Of a stretch of DNA of 64,000 nucleotides, positions 10,883-21,069 are shown piece after piece; the stretch's first letter is position 1; each line of letters opens with the position of its first letter. Under the pieces are notes generated by a model. That model did not search any database, had not been told where the DNA came from, and saw nothing but the letters and a program-made list of their open reading frames with translations. The stretch comes from a bacterium (GTDB taxonomy: Bacteria; Patescibacteriota; Patescibacteriia; JACQRZ01). Position numbers and translations under genes: made by a program. Location: positions 5,931 through 69,930 of the forward strand of contig JAUYIE010000004.1 of NCBI GenBank assembly GCA_030688365.1. Reading direction: 5' to 3'.

Positions 10883-12772
10883 TTATGGTTGTACTAATCC
10901 TTTTCCATTACCTACTGGATCAAAATCTAGGTTTGTTGTCAAGGGTGGACGCTTGAGTGATACCTTACTTTGATTCACGCTGTCCTGTGCAGATATGCCG
11001 GTATCACTAGTCAATGTCATTAATTTTTGGGCATAAAACGCTGTCGGTGTAATTGACAATGAAAATTGAGCATCCAACACAGGAGTGTTTGATGACACGT
11101 GATCAATGGTCCATGAGACGGTTCGTGTAGCAGTATCGTACGCTATCGTACCCATATCCATACGCTCTTGCCCCACCCATTCAACGTCCGATGGTAACAC
11201 GGTAGTAATACGAACTTGATCGAGATCATGAAATGAATTGGTTATTTCCCAAATCAACACATAGGTTGTCATTTGTCCGATGATCGGAGGGAGTGGACCT
11301 GAACCAATCGGGCTTTGAGAATCACTGAAATATCTCGCCTCAACTTTGATTGCCAGATCGGAATTCACTAATACCTTTACCTTACCTGTCTTAATTTCTA
11401 ATGTTTCACCGGTACTTCCAGCCCCTACATAAGGGGTAACGTGGTATGTGGCATGTGCAAAACCGGTAAATGAAAATTCTGCCGTTGAATCAAGCAAACC
11501 ACTTTTTATCAAATTTTGTATTGCATCACGACTATGCACTGGTACTCTAAATGACAACTGTCCCGTATCACCTGGTTTGATTTGTTTAAGGGCGGATGTT
11601 CGATTACTTGACCACTCCAAAGTTTCATGACTAAAAGTCCCGGTGCCAATATTTTGGATTGCAGACCAATTGATAAATAATCCATCCAACATGGCATCAA
11701 CAGAGACGTCAGTAAGTGTGTATTTTCCTTGATTTTCATAGTTAATCAAGACATTTAACATATCTCCTTGATTGACTGTTGTCGTTCCTTGCGCTTTGTT
11801 GATGCGAAATTGCATTACCAGATCTCCTTGACTCACCTCGGTGGAGAATCTCTCTTCGTTTTCCATTGTGAAATGTCCATCTTGATTAAATCCCCATCTG
11901 ATCATCAAATCAGTTGTTCCATGTTTACTTTCTGAATCAAATTTTCCGTCAATTTTAAGATGCCCTTGCTTGCTTGTGGAATCAATGTTTCCAAGAAGTG
12001 TTGCCGATGACCAGCTATTATCCTCATCTATCTGCGGTGTTGTTTGATCTATCGTAAATCCCACTGGAAGATCAACGATTAACTGTACCGTATCTTTTTT
12101 GTATATATCAGAAAAATCATAGTATGTAATCTCATAGTGAGCATCATCACCGGGGTTTATTTCTGTAGGTCCTTCAATTGACGAATGTAGTAGTGATTTC
12201 TCTATCGTTACTGACATAACATCCTCCTGGATAAATGGCGAATTGAAGTTTGCCGGAGTATAATTGATACTTGCTTTCAGTTCTCGTTGATCTCCTTGAT
12301 TACCTCGCCATTGTCCTTTGATCTGAATGATGCCGCTTTCTCCTGACTTCAAAAGACCTAATTGCCAGCGGTTATCATGCTCTGTATCTGTTGCGGGATC
12401 AGCAGAAATGATTGTAAATTCTTGCGGATATTCGGTGGTAATCATTACATTTGTCATTGGGTTTGCGTCTGTATTTTTGTAAGTAAGCAGATATGTGACC
12501 TCCTCACTAGACGATACAATACGAGGTCCATCTATCTTTATTGTTACCTTTTCCGGTTGAAATGCTTTTGTAGGACTAAATATACTATATCCTGACCATG
12601 CGGCACCCATTAACATAACAAAAAAAAGTATAACACCCACCGTCCACCACCCGCGTTTAGATGACGGTCGACTAATGGTGTTCATATCATCATTTTCCTC
12701 ACCCAACCCCTCATAAATAGATTGAATACCACGAGATTGTTGTACGGCTGTAAATTTTTTTAATTTTGACAT
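10883..12772 (-). CDS. Membrane-anchored beta-rich surface protein (DUF11/Ig-like repeats, common in CPR)
   Basis: One N-terminal TM helix, repeated Y-x-I/L-x-Y-x-N Ig-like modules, GSGPLPPIIGQMTTYVLIWEITN. Confidence 0.7.
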   Translation of the reverse strand: MSKLKKFTAVQQSRGIQSIYEGLGEENDDMNTISRPSSKRGWWTVGVILFFVMLMGAAWSGYSIFSPTKAFQPEKVTIKIDGPRIVSSSEEVTYLLTYKNTDANPMTNVMITTEYPQEFTIISADPATDTEHDNRWQLGLLKSGESGIIQIKGQWRGNQGDQRELKASINYTPANFNSPFIQEDVMSVTIEKSLLHSSIEGPTEINPGDDAHYEITYYDFSDIYKKDTVQLIVDLPVGFTIDQTTPQIDEDNSWSSATLLGNIDSTSKQGHLKIDGKFDSESKHGTTDLMIRWGFNQDGHFTMENEERFSTEVSQGDLVMQFRINKAQGTTTVNQGDMLNVLINYENQGKYTLTDVSVDAMLDGLFINWSAIQNIGTGTFSHETLEWSSNRTSALKQIKPGDTGQLSFRVPVHSRDAIQNLIKSGLLDSTAEFSFTGFAHATYHVTPYVGAGSTGETLEIKTGKVKVLVNSDLAIKVEARYFSDSQSPIGSGPLPPIIGQMTTYVLIWEITNSFHDLDQVRITTVLPSDVEWVGQERMDMGTIAYDTATRTVSWTIDHVSSNTPVLDAQFSLSITPTAFYAQKLMTLTSDTGISAQDSVNQSKVSLKRPPLTTNLDFDPVGNGKGLVQP

Positions 12773-12781
12773 AGGTGTTAT

Positions 12782-15169
12782 CTAGGGTTTAACAAAAGTA
12801 AAAGCAAAAAAGGCATCTGAGTCAAATGGTATGCTTTCCCAATGCCACGTACGATCATCGCTTTGTATAAGTCCATCATTGGGTTGTACCCAAGCCATAC
12901 GGTATTGCAATGGAAGCACAATGTCTACCGAGAAATCCTGCACGACCGAGGCAGATTGACGCTGTAAAAGATGCACATATCCATATGATCCGGATGACAT
13001 GCGCAGGTCATCGACAGTAAATGGCAATCTATAACGAATCTCCACTAACGAAGTCGTACCCGGCTTCGTCTGAATCCAATTACCAAAGACAGTCTTTCCG
13101 AATTCATCATTGGTATACATTCCTGCTATATCGAAGATAACATCACCTTCTATTTTTCTTAAATCGAAATCCTCATGAGATGTAGTCGGCGGGTTTTTAA
13201 ATAAAGTAGGATCAGGTGCTTGGAATCCATCAGCGGACAACAGTCGTGAACCCTGTGGTGTATACAATCGCATGTAATCAACGTTGTTAACCCCGGTAAA
13301 CAAATCTCCCTTTGCACCTGTATGTTGTCGCCAGATACGCATATTGACGTCTATCGTACCGTTTTCATTGAATATAATCAGCTCATTTATTTTTGAATGG
13401 ATAACCGAGTCAGTCTTTCCACCCGCAATATTGGTATCTATGATCATTGCATAATCGCGCGGAGAATTTTTTACATATCCGCCAAATCCCAAATGTTGTA
13501 ATAATGCCTGATCAATTTCATTTGATAGATACACCTGAATGTCGTTGTGTGACAACGCTGATAATAATGTTTGTATCAACGAAGCATACTCGTTTTCCGA
13601 GGATTGTATCAATCGCTCCATCACGATTGGTATCAAATCTGATAACAGTTTTTTTGGCTTATTTTCCGACCTGTCATAATCCAACTCAACCGATTTTTGA
13701 ATCTCAAGTAAAAAGTTATCTTGATTTATTGTTTTTTCATACACGGGCATATCAATGGGTCCCGTGAGCTTCAATATCTCCTTACCCAGATTCGCATTGA
13801 TGGCAATCACGCCATCAACAGTAGACCCACCAGAATGTTCATAAAACCATTCAAGTTTTTTTGCTGAAGTTGGAAAGTCAGGAAACCAGTTGGCATCTTG
13901 AAACTGCCATTGCGGATTGATAAGATGTAATGGATCAGGTGAAATAACATGTTCGGTCAATGAACCCTGCAAGTCATAGGAACCCCCTGGTGGTATCTCT
14001 ATAGAGGTAATATTTCCCCTATCAATATCCACTAAGGCAAAACTGCCAATGAAACCACCTGTTGCACGTATTTCAGTATTATTTTGCAGTACAACAAGGT
14101 ATCGTTTCTTTGTATCAGCACCCAATGCTTTGTGTAGTAATGTCAATGTATCATTCATGTCTCGTGCGGCAGATACCACAGCGGGGAGTTGTTGTTGGGC
14201 CTGTAGCAAAAGGTCGCGCTGATGTGATGACAAAATATCAGCATTGATCCCCGCGATCAACACCGACGCACGTTCAAGGTGTGGTAACGCTACGGTAATT
14301 GATTCATTCACTGTATCACTTAAGGACATCAGTGATCGTGGTGAGAAATCATCCATGTTCAATAACGGATCAAAAGCAGTGGTTAAAAATTGTCCTGATA
14401 AGGATAATTCTTTGCCGGCTTCAAGCAATTTGCGTCCATCTGATGCCTCTTGTCCGATCCCCGGTATATATCCTGCTATATCAAAAATAAATGGAGGTAC
14501 AGAAACAATAGCGTTCTCGGCTTGAATAAACTGCTGGTAACTTTGTGAAAAATATGTGTGAGCGCCTTTTATATCTCTACCAAGTAACGCGTCCTGCGCT
14601 TTGGAAAATGAATCAAGACCACTCATGGCTTGTGACATGCTATCTTGTTTGATTATTTCCATTGCTTGAAGTGTGTGGAGCGCAGGAAATGGAAGAATAA
14701 ATATGATAGCCATGACAGCAAAACCTGCTAAAGTTTTTTTCCAACCATGTGGTGGATGCAAAGGATGAAAGGAAATAAAAAAATACGTAATGATACTTGT
14801 ACATGCTAAAAATGGACGTATAAAAAGAATATGAAAACTAAAAATAATTGCGCGAGCTATAGGTCGAACAGCAAAGGCAATCGTGTGCCAAAAAAATAGA
14901 AGTATACGATACGTCACGCCCGATGCCCACGAGATTGTCAAAACCAAACTTTTTCCCAAAAAAATAAATGCATGATACACACATGTTACCAGCCATGCAC
15001 ACAATAAAACCGCTTCCGCAATAGAAAGCCGACAAAAACGCAACTCATATCTATCCTTAAATCGTTGCCACGACGTTGTTGATGTTTTATGTACTGAAAA
15101 TCCGTGCATATACAAAAATAAGCGGAAAACTCCACTTATTAGAGTAGCATGACGAGAAATATTGAACAA
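12782..15169 (-). CDS. DUF4012-domain membrane protein (start uncertain)
   Basis: YLVVLQNNTEIRATGGFIGS, DANWFPDFPTSA, VDGVIAIN, NIAGGKTD. Confidence 0.85.
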   Translation of the reverse strand: MFNISRHATLISGVFRLFLYMHGFSVHKTSTTSWQRFKDRYELRFCRLSIAEAVLLCAWLVTCVYHAFIFLGKSLVLTISWASGVTYRILLFFWHTIAFAVRPIARAIIFSFHILFIRPFLACTSIITYFFISFHPLHPPHGWKKTLAGFAVMAIIFILPFPALHTLQAMEIIKQDSMSQAMSGLDSFSKAQDALLGRDIKGAHTYFSQSYQQFIQAENAIVSVPPFIFDIAGYIPGIGQEASDGRKLLEAGKELSLSGQFLTTAFDPLLNMDDFSPRSLMSLSDTVNESITVALPHLERASVLIAGINADILSSHQRDLLLQAQQQLPAVVSAARDMNDTLTLLHKALGADTKKRYLVVLQNNTEIRATGGFIGSFALVDIDRGNITSIEIPPGGSYDLQGSLTEHVISPDPLHLINPQWQFQDANWFPDFPTSAKKLEWFYEHSGGSTVDGVIAINANLGKEILKLTGPIDMPVYEKTINQDNFLLEIQKSVELDYDRSENKPKKLLSDLIPIVMERLIQSSENEYASLIQTLLSALSHNDIQVYLSNEIDQALLQHLGFGGYVKNSPRDYAMIIDTNIAGGKTDSVIHSKINELIIFNENGTIDVNMRIWRQHTGAKGDLFTGVNNVDYMRLYTPQGSRLLSADGFQAPDPTLFKNPPTTSHEDFDLRKIEGDVIFDIAGMYTNDEFGKTVFGNWIQTKPGTTSLVEIRYRLPFTVDDLRMSSGSYGYVHLLQRQSASVVQDFSVDIVLPLQYRMAWVQPNDGLIQSDDRTWHWESIPFDSDAFFAFTFVKP

Positions 15170-15186
15170 ATTGCCACCTCTGCACT

Positions 15187-15465
15187 TCAGTACTTCATTT
15201 GCACCACTTTCAGGTGTGAAAACTCACCTTTCACAATATCAATATTTACTTGCGGAACATGAAAAAATTTTCCAAGAAAGCGGATCAATTCTTTATTTGC
15301 CTTGCCTTTATCCGCTGGTTTTGAAATACGAATCTTGAGCGTATTATTTTCTAATACATCATGCAATGCCGTTTCTCTTGCGCCGGGACTGACTGAAATT
15401 GTGCATGTCACTCTTCCTTTTTGGCTCAATTCTGCTTTTAAAAATGTAATGTAGGGATATTCCAT
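15187..15465 (-). CDS. DUF167/YggU family protein
   Basis: VSPGA...LKIRI..PADKGKANKELIRFL...IVKGEFSHLK. Confidence 0.85.
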   Translation of the reverse strand: MEYPYITFLKAELSQKGRVTCTISVSPGARETALHDVLENNTLKIRISKPADKGKANKELIRFLGKFFHVPQVNIDIVKGEFSHLKVVQMKY

Positions 15466-15467
15466 GA

Positions 15468-16169
15468 TTATTTTCCAAAACGACGTTGGCGTCGTGAAAA
15501 TTCCACGATCGCTTTATCTAGCTCGTCAGGTGTGAAATCTGGCCAATGCACATCTGCAAAATAAAGCTCACTATATACGTTTTGCCATGTCAAAAAATTT
15601 GATAGACGTTGTTCGCCTGATGTACGAATAATCATGTCAGGATATGGTTGCCCATCTGTGTATAAATAATTTGAAAATTCATCTTCGGTGAGGGTTGTAG
15701 GATCAATCCCTTTTTCGTGAATGGTGCGAATAGCGTTGAGGATTTCCGCCCGCCCGCCATAACTTGCGCAAATATTAAAAGTCAAACCAGTAAAATCTTT
15801 CGTCTGCTCTGTCAAATCCATCATTTGCTTTTGAAGACTTTCTGGAAATGATCCAATTTCACCAATAAAACGTACACGAACGTTTTCAGCAATAAGCTCC
15901 TTTGACTGCTCTGTAATTGATTCTGAAAACAGCCCAATCAAATACGTGACTTCATCCGGTGTTCGTTTCCAATTTTCACTTGAAAAAGCAAAAACTGTCA
16001 GCACTTTGATGCCAATTTTTTGCGCATGCTTCACTATATTTATCAACTGTTGATATCCATGATAGTGCCCTTTAAAACTGGTCAAATCATTTTCTTTCGC
16101 CCAACGACGATTGCCATCCATTATGATTCCTAGATGTTTCACACTATGATCCGGTTCTAATATGTCCAT
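15468..16169 (-). CDS. uppS: Undecaprenyl diphosphate synthase
   Basis: HLGIIMDGNRRWA, FSSENWKR, IRTSGEQRLSNFL. Confidence 0.97.
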   Translation of the reverse strand: MDILEPDHSVKHLGIIMDGNRRWAKENDLTSFKGHYHGYQQLINIVKHAQKIGIKVLTVFAFSSENWKRTPDEVTYLIGLFSESITEQSKELIAENVRVRFIGEIGSFPESLQKQMMDLTEQTKDFTGLTFNICASYGGRAEILNAIRTIHEKGIDPTTLTEDEFSNYLYTDGQPYPDMIIRTSGEQRLSNFLTWQNVYSELYFADVHWPDFTPDELDKAIVEFSRRQRRFGK

Positions 16170-16291
16170 AATAAAAGGAAAAACGATATAAATGGGAGCG
16201 GTAAGGACTAATTATACCTTGTCAGACCGGATTGTCAAAACCAAAAAAATATGAAATAATATGCAAAATCATTACTTTTTTAAATACTGAT

Positions 16292-17308
16292 ATGAATATA
16301 AAAGAATTTAGCTCTTTTTTTCATCCGCAATATAAAGAAATATTGGAGCGACACATCAAAGATTGTGCATCACAGACGAATGTTAATGTAATACACGAGA
16401 CTCTTGAGCATACGCAAAAAATCGCCCTGGCAGGCGCAAAGTATATACGGCCGTATCTAGTATATCTAATGTACAACGCCCAAGGAGGATCTGATAAAAA
16501 AGATATTATATCATTTGCAAGTGGAGTGGAGATGTTCCACTTATTCTGTCTTGTACATGATGACATTTTTGATCGCGGACAAATGCGCCGGGGGATTCCA
16601 ACATTGCATACACAATTTGCAGAACCCATAGCCGTACTAATTGGTGACTTACTATTGTCATGGGCACATGACGAATTTTCCAAATATTCCGAAGAGGGAG
16701 TGCTTAACAATATTTTAGCTCAAATGAAAAATGAAGTAGTTATTGGGGAAATAATGGACGTCCTTTTGGCAAAAGCCGATTATGCTACACATGCAGACAT
16801 TATTAAAAAAACAGAACTAAAGACTGCTTATTATACCTTCGTAAGACCAATGCAGGAAGGAGTAGCATTGGCCGGGGGTTCATTTGAAAAATTAAAATGG
16901 TGTGAAGAATTTGGCAATGCTCTTGGTATGGCATTCCAACTTCGCGATGACATGCTTGATGTGGTGGATACCACTGGGTTAAAAAATAAACAAATGGGAG
17001 ACCTACAGGAAGGTCAGCAGACATTGTTTACATATGCAATACAGGAGTTTGGTACTGAAGCACAAAAAATAGAGTTAGCAAAAATGTATGGCACGATACT
17101 TAGTGATGAAGAAATAATTGTGGCGCGACAACTTTTTCGTGATTCAGGTGCAATTGCTTATGTAGCTAAATGCACAAATGAATATTTTGACACCGCGGAA
17201 AAATTATTGGCCGACTGGCCATTTGATATGGAATGGAAAAAATATATAATAGATCTTTTGAGCTCTTTGCGTGAAGGTTTCGACGAAATGTCAGAACCAG
17301 TCACGTAA
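16292..17308 (+). CDS. Polyprenyl (trans-isoprenyl) diphosphate synthase
   Basis: LVHDDIFD...RRG, KT, AFQLRDDMLD motifs; track start 16232 is TTG. Confidence 0.9.
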   Translation: MNIKEFSSFFHPQYKEILERHIKDCASQTNVNVIHETLEHTQKIALAGAKYIRPYLVYLMYNAQGGSDKKDIISFASGVEMFHLFCLVHDDIFDRGQMRRGIPTLHTQFAEPIAVLIGDLLLSWAHDEFSKYSEEGVLNNILAQMKNEVVIGEIMDVLLAKADYATHADIIKKTELKTAYYTFVRPMQEGVALAGGSFEKLKWCEEFGNALGMAFQLRDDMLDVVDTTGLKNKQMGDLQEGQQTLFTYAIQEFGTEAQKIELAKMYGTILSDEEIIVARQLFRDSGAIAYVAKCTNEYFDTAEKLLADWPFDMEWKKYIIDLLSSLREGFDEMSEPVT

Positions 17309-17334
17309 AGTATGTGTTAGCAAGGTTTTATATT

Positions 17335-17718
17335 TTACTCCCCTGCCAGACGTTCATGGATCATTTCTATGATCTCTTCAAGTTTCCAGTCGGATTTTAC
17401 CAAATAGTCAAATGATCCGTTTTCCATCGCTTCTGCTACCTTTTCATTATCGCTTAAGTTGGTCAGTATGATGACGCGAGCATTTTTTCCCCATGCATTT
17501 TCACGGAGTTTTGTGAGCATCGTTATTCCGTCCATTATCGGCATGATGATATCCAGTAAAATCATATCAGGATGTTCAACAAGAGCGGCAGTAAGACCTT
17601 CTTGTCCATTATTTGCTTCCAGGACATTAAAACCTTCTCTCATGAGTCTATCACGAAGCGCGTGGCGCAGTTGTGCTTCGTCCTCCACAATGAGAACTTT
17701 ATGACGTATAGTAGTCAT
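17335..17718 (-). CDS. Single-domain response regulator (REC)
   Basis: LIVEDE, LLDIIMPIMDG, LVK. Confidence 0.92.
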   Translation of the reverse strand: MTTIRHKVLIVEDEAQLRHALRDRLMREGFNVLEANNGQEGLTAALVEHPDMILLDIIMPIMDGITMLTKLRENAWGKNARVIILTNLSDNEKVAEAMENGSFDYLVKSDWKLEEIIEMIHERLAGE

Positions 17719-17808
17719 ATAACGATGATGTTAATACATTATAGGTTATATACTATGGAATATAGATGAGTCCGAATAGTAGTATGGCATAGCTCACGCT
17801 TCTATCTC

Positions 17809-18984
17809 TCATCCCAATCTTTTTGTTCCTTCCTTTTTTTTCATTCCCTTCAAAGGTATGCTGACAAAAAAAGTCGTACCGGGATTTTTATCATCTGGTT
17901 TTCGTCCTTTTACTGGTGATTGAAACCAAATCTTTCCTTTTGATTGCGCGACGATCGCCTTGGCAATATAGAGTCCCAATCCGGTTCCCTCCGCATCCTT
18001 CGCTCGTACGTTGTCGGCACGAAACAGCTTTTCAAATATCCTGTCCTGCTGTTTTTTAGGAATACCGTAGCCAGTGTCCGAGATTGTGAAAAGTATATCC
18101 TTACTTTTTTTATTTGACAACGCCAATGACATACTGACCGTACCCTTTGGGGGTGTATATTTCACGGCGTTTGACAAAAGATTTTGAAATACCATGTGCA
18201 AAAGTTTTGGATCAGTATCCAGTATCGGTAACGTTTTGGAAAATTTCTTTTTTAATACAATCTTTTTTGAAAAAATTTGTACTGCTTGTTCGTCCAGTAC
18301 ATCTTGAATTAATTTAACAAGATTTGTTGGTTGGGGTTCCACCATAAATGAGCCCAATTCCAGTCGAGACACATTGAGCAAAGCGTTGACCAGCGCGACC
18401 ATACGCTGATTGCCGGTATAAATCTCATCCAAGTACTTCTTTTGTTCATTATTTAGTTTGCCTGCATCTCCGGCTAATAACATTTCTGCATACCAGTTGA
18501 TAGTAGAAAGAGGTGTTCTTAGCTGATGAGAGGCCAAGGATACAAACTCTGTCTTTGCTTTATCAATCTCTTTGTCTCTCGTGATATCATGCTCCAAAGC
18601 GACAAAAAACTTGATTTTCTTTTTCTTATCTAATACAGGACTGATACTGATATCAGAAATGTAGATTTTGCCATTTTTCCTCTTATTTTGAATTTCATCT
18701 CTAAAAATCTTTTTTTGACGTTTAATAACATCCCACATGCGATTATAATATGAAGCAGACATCGGAGACTTCCAAAAAGCGCCCGCTTTTTTACCCATAA
18801 TATCTTTGAGTTGATAACCTGTTGTCTTTTCTACTGCCTTATTGCCATATATTACCGTTCCATCGGAATCGGTGATGATTACCAAGTCAGGTGCATTTTC
18901 CATAGCCAAACGAAACACATCCGAACTATAAGAAACATGTTCGGACAAGCGAATCTTCTTGTCACGTTTCAGTGTTTTTTTCAT
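17809..18984 (-). CDS. PAS-domain sensor histidine kinase (cytoplasmic)
   Basis: PAS/PAC, SHQLRTP H-box, NLLSNAVKY, DTGYGI, GTGLGL. Confidence 0.93.
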   Translation of the reverse strand: MKKTLKRDKKIRLSEHVSYSSDVFRLAMENAPDLVIITDSDGTVIYGNKAVEKTTGYQLKDIMGKKAGAFWKSPMSASYYNRMWDVIKRQKKIFRDEIQNKRKNGKIYISDISISPVLDKKKKIKFFVALEHDITRDKEIDKAKTEFVSLASHQLRTPLSTINWYAEMLLAGDAGKLNNEQKKYLDEIYTGNQRMVALVNALLNVSRLELGSFMVEPQPTNLVKLIQDVLDEQAVQIFSKKIVLKKKFSKTLPILDTDPKLLHMVFQNLLSNAVKYTPPKGTVSMSLALSNKKSKDILFTISDTGYGIPKKQQDRIFEKLFRADNVRAKDAEGTGLGLYIAKAIVAQSKGKIWFQSPVKGRKPDDKNPGTTFFVSIPLKGMKKKEGTKRLG

Positions 18985-18999
18985 CTCTCTGTTGGTAGT

Positions 19000-19446
19000 T
19001 TATCGTGTTACAGTAACAGTCGCGCTTTGCTCAGGAAACTGTGCAACTACGGTAATACGGCCATTAACAGATTTGCTTATTTTATACCCTGCACCGTTTG
19101 CATTGGTTTTTTGTGGTTCTTCCGGCATTGAAGTCAGATATTTTTCATCTGTCGTCAACACACTAAGATCAATTAAACTTGTACACGTACCGCCGGTAGC
19201 ACAGATTTCTGTAGGAGTAGTAGTGATACTTGCCGGTAATGTCCCACTGTTATCAATAGTATACTGGTATACTGCGTTGAGAATAGTATTCACATCCGAT
19301 CTTCGTTGAGCATTGCGCGTGTCACCTAATTGTTTACCGGGGTTGATGGCCAAAATCACGATACCTGCCAAAACAGCGATAGCCGCCACAACAAGCAATA
19401 TTTCTAACAGTGTAAAGCCCTTTTGATTCTTTTTTGGAATAGGCAT
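19000..19446 (-). CDS. Type IV pilin-like protein (major pilin candidate 1)
   Basis: KG-FTLLE prepilin cleavage/methylation motif and hydrophobic helix. Confidence 0.9.
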   Translation of the reverse strand: MPIPKKNQKGFTLLEILLVVAAIAVLAGIVILAINPGKQLGDTRNAQRRSDVNTILNAVYQYTIDNSGTLPASITTTPTEICATGGTCTSLIDLSVLTTDEKYLTSMPEEPQKTNANGAGYKISKSVNGRITVVAQFPEQSATVTVTR

Positions 19447-19457
19447 AGAGAAAATAT

Positions 19458-19946
19458 CTATCGAGTTATTTTAATAGTCGCGCCCTGTTCAGCACTAGGG
19501 GCACAAACAGTCACGCGACTGTTGGCAGTCCTCACGATGTAATAACCAGTGCCATCACTTGACGATACACTGGGATCAATCGGCATGCTGGTCAAATATT
19601 TTTCACCGGTCGTCAAAACACTCAAGTCAACTCCGGCAGAGCACGTACCTGTCGCAGTCGCCTTGCAGACTTCATCCTCTGTATCAAGCGCACACGTACT
19701 GATCGGAATAGTGGGTAATGTACCATTATTATCAATACTATATTGATATACGGCATCAAGTATCGTACGAATATCTGATCGGCGCTGTGCATTTCGAGTA
19801 TCTCCAAGCTGTTTGCTAGGGTTTAAAGCTAAAATAACAATGCCTGCCAAGATAGCAATTGCCGCAACCACCAACAAAATTTCCAAAAGTGTAAAGCCTG
19901 CTTCAGTATTTTTTTTTGTTGATTTCTTGTCCAATGGCATCGTCAT
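19458..19946 (-). CDS. Type IV pilin-like protein (major pilin candidate 2, paralog of 19000-19446)
   Basis: AG-FTLLE motif; N-terminal ~60 aa nearly identical to the neighbour. Confidence 0.9.
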   Translation of the reverse strand: MTMPLDKKSTKKNTEAGFTLLEILLVVAAIAILAGIVILALNPSKQLGDTRNAQRRSDIRTILDAVYQYSIDNNGTLPTIPISTCALDTEDEVCKATATGTCSAGVDLSVLTTGEKYLTSMPIDPSVSSSDGTGYYIVRTANSRVTVCAPSAEQGATIKITR

Positions 19947-19962
19947 ATGCGTGGTAGCGTAA

Positions 19963-20076
19963 TTACCAAATTAAATATCCTGCTACTTCTTTGGGCCAAA
20001 ATAACATAATTAAAAATATAGCAAGCAGGATGCAATCAATAATGAATAGGTATTTTGCGCGTTTTGTTATCAACAT
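19963..20076 (-). CDS. Putative 37-aa single-TM small protein (not in ORF track)
   Basis: MLITKRAKYLFIIDCILLAIFLIMLFWPKEVAGYLIW*, fills the gap in the pilus operon on the same strand. Confidence 0.4.
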   Translation of the reverse strand: MLITKRAKYLFIIDCILLAIFLIMLFWPKEVAGYLIW

Positions 20077-20104
20077 ATGAGAAAGTATACCATACGTAAA
20101 ATAT

Positions 20105-20518
20105 TCAGGGAACTTCTTGCCATGATGTAATGGTAATTGAAGGATTTACCGCAGTTATAATAATTGTTGATTTACGGACAATCGTACCGACCGTCCCGCT
20201 AGTCGTAACCGTACGATTGCCTCCTCCTTGACTGGTCACGGTATATATGCATGATCCGTGTCCCAGAGCCAGATTACCACTGCCGGTATATGCTGTACTA
20301 TCAGCGATTTGCTGTAGCGCTTCTTCAGCACACGCATTGTTCAGCGCTTTTGCCTGATCTGATTGTTCTAAGGCAAAACTAGTGCGTGATGATCCCAGAC
20401 CAAGCAATAAAAGTGAAACCGCGATTGCCACACCTACGGCACCTACTACTAAAACACTTATCAGAGTGATAAATCCATTTTTGTTATTATACCATGACTG
20501 TGGTGGCCATATAAGCAT
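20105..20518 (-). CDS. Minor pilin, PilX/K-like
   Basis: NG-FITLISVL (no Glu5), AKALNNACAEEAL; start uncertain. Confidence 0.75.
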   Translation of the reverse strand: MLIWPPQSWYNNKNGFITLISVLVVGAVGVAIAVSLLLLGLGSSRTSFALEQSDQAKALNNACAEEALQQIADSTAYTGSGNLALGHGSCIYTVTSQGGGNRTVTTSGTVGTIVRKSTIIITAVNPSITITSWQEVP

Positions 20519-20531
20519 ATCGTGGATAGTA

Positions 20532-21065
20532 TTATGGTTGGCGAAGTGTCGCCGAACCGATAAATATCTTAGAATATGAATATTCATTGCGTCCCTCCGG
20601 ATTGACGTGATCCAACGTAAACTGTATGCGCACTGTTCCGGGTGTACCAGTGTGTGAAAGATTTTGTACAGTAAAATTTGACGCTGTTACGCGTGTATTT
20701 GTAAGCGGTACGAATGCATTCGCGCCTTCCTTGATACGGAGAACACCGCTTGAAAGATCAAGTACTGTCGGATTATTCCCTGCCGTATAGGTATGTACCG
20801 ATAGCGACGATGCGCTCGTACCTATTGTTGGGCTATCAACATCTGATGCATTGTGTAATACTTGTGTGATCTCTTGCATGACAACCACACCTTGTTGCTC
20901 AACGTCGGCTATTGTCTGATTTTTTATGCGTGCATGAAGCAATACCGACAAAAGACCGGAAATTGCCAGCAATATGATTGAAGCGATACTCACATAGAGA
21001 AGCAACTCCACAAGAGTGAAACCGGATTGTGTTTGATTTGTGGCAATACGCCAAATCCTAGGCAT
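20532..21065 (-). CDS. Minor pilin with prepilin motif
   Basis: SG-FTLVE; ATG 21065 preferred to the track start at 21203. Confidence 0.85.
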   Translation of the reverse strand: MPRIWRIATNQTQSGFTLVELLLYVSIASIILLAISGLLSVLLHARIKNQTIADVEQQGVVVMQEITQVLHNASDVDSPTIGTSASSLSVHTYTAGNNPTVLDLSSGVLRIKEGANAFVPLTNTRVTASNFTVQNLSHTGTPGTVRIQFTLDHVNPEGRNEYSYSKIFIGSATLRQP

Positions 21066-21069
21066 ACTA

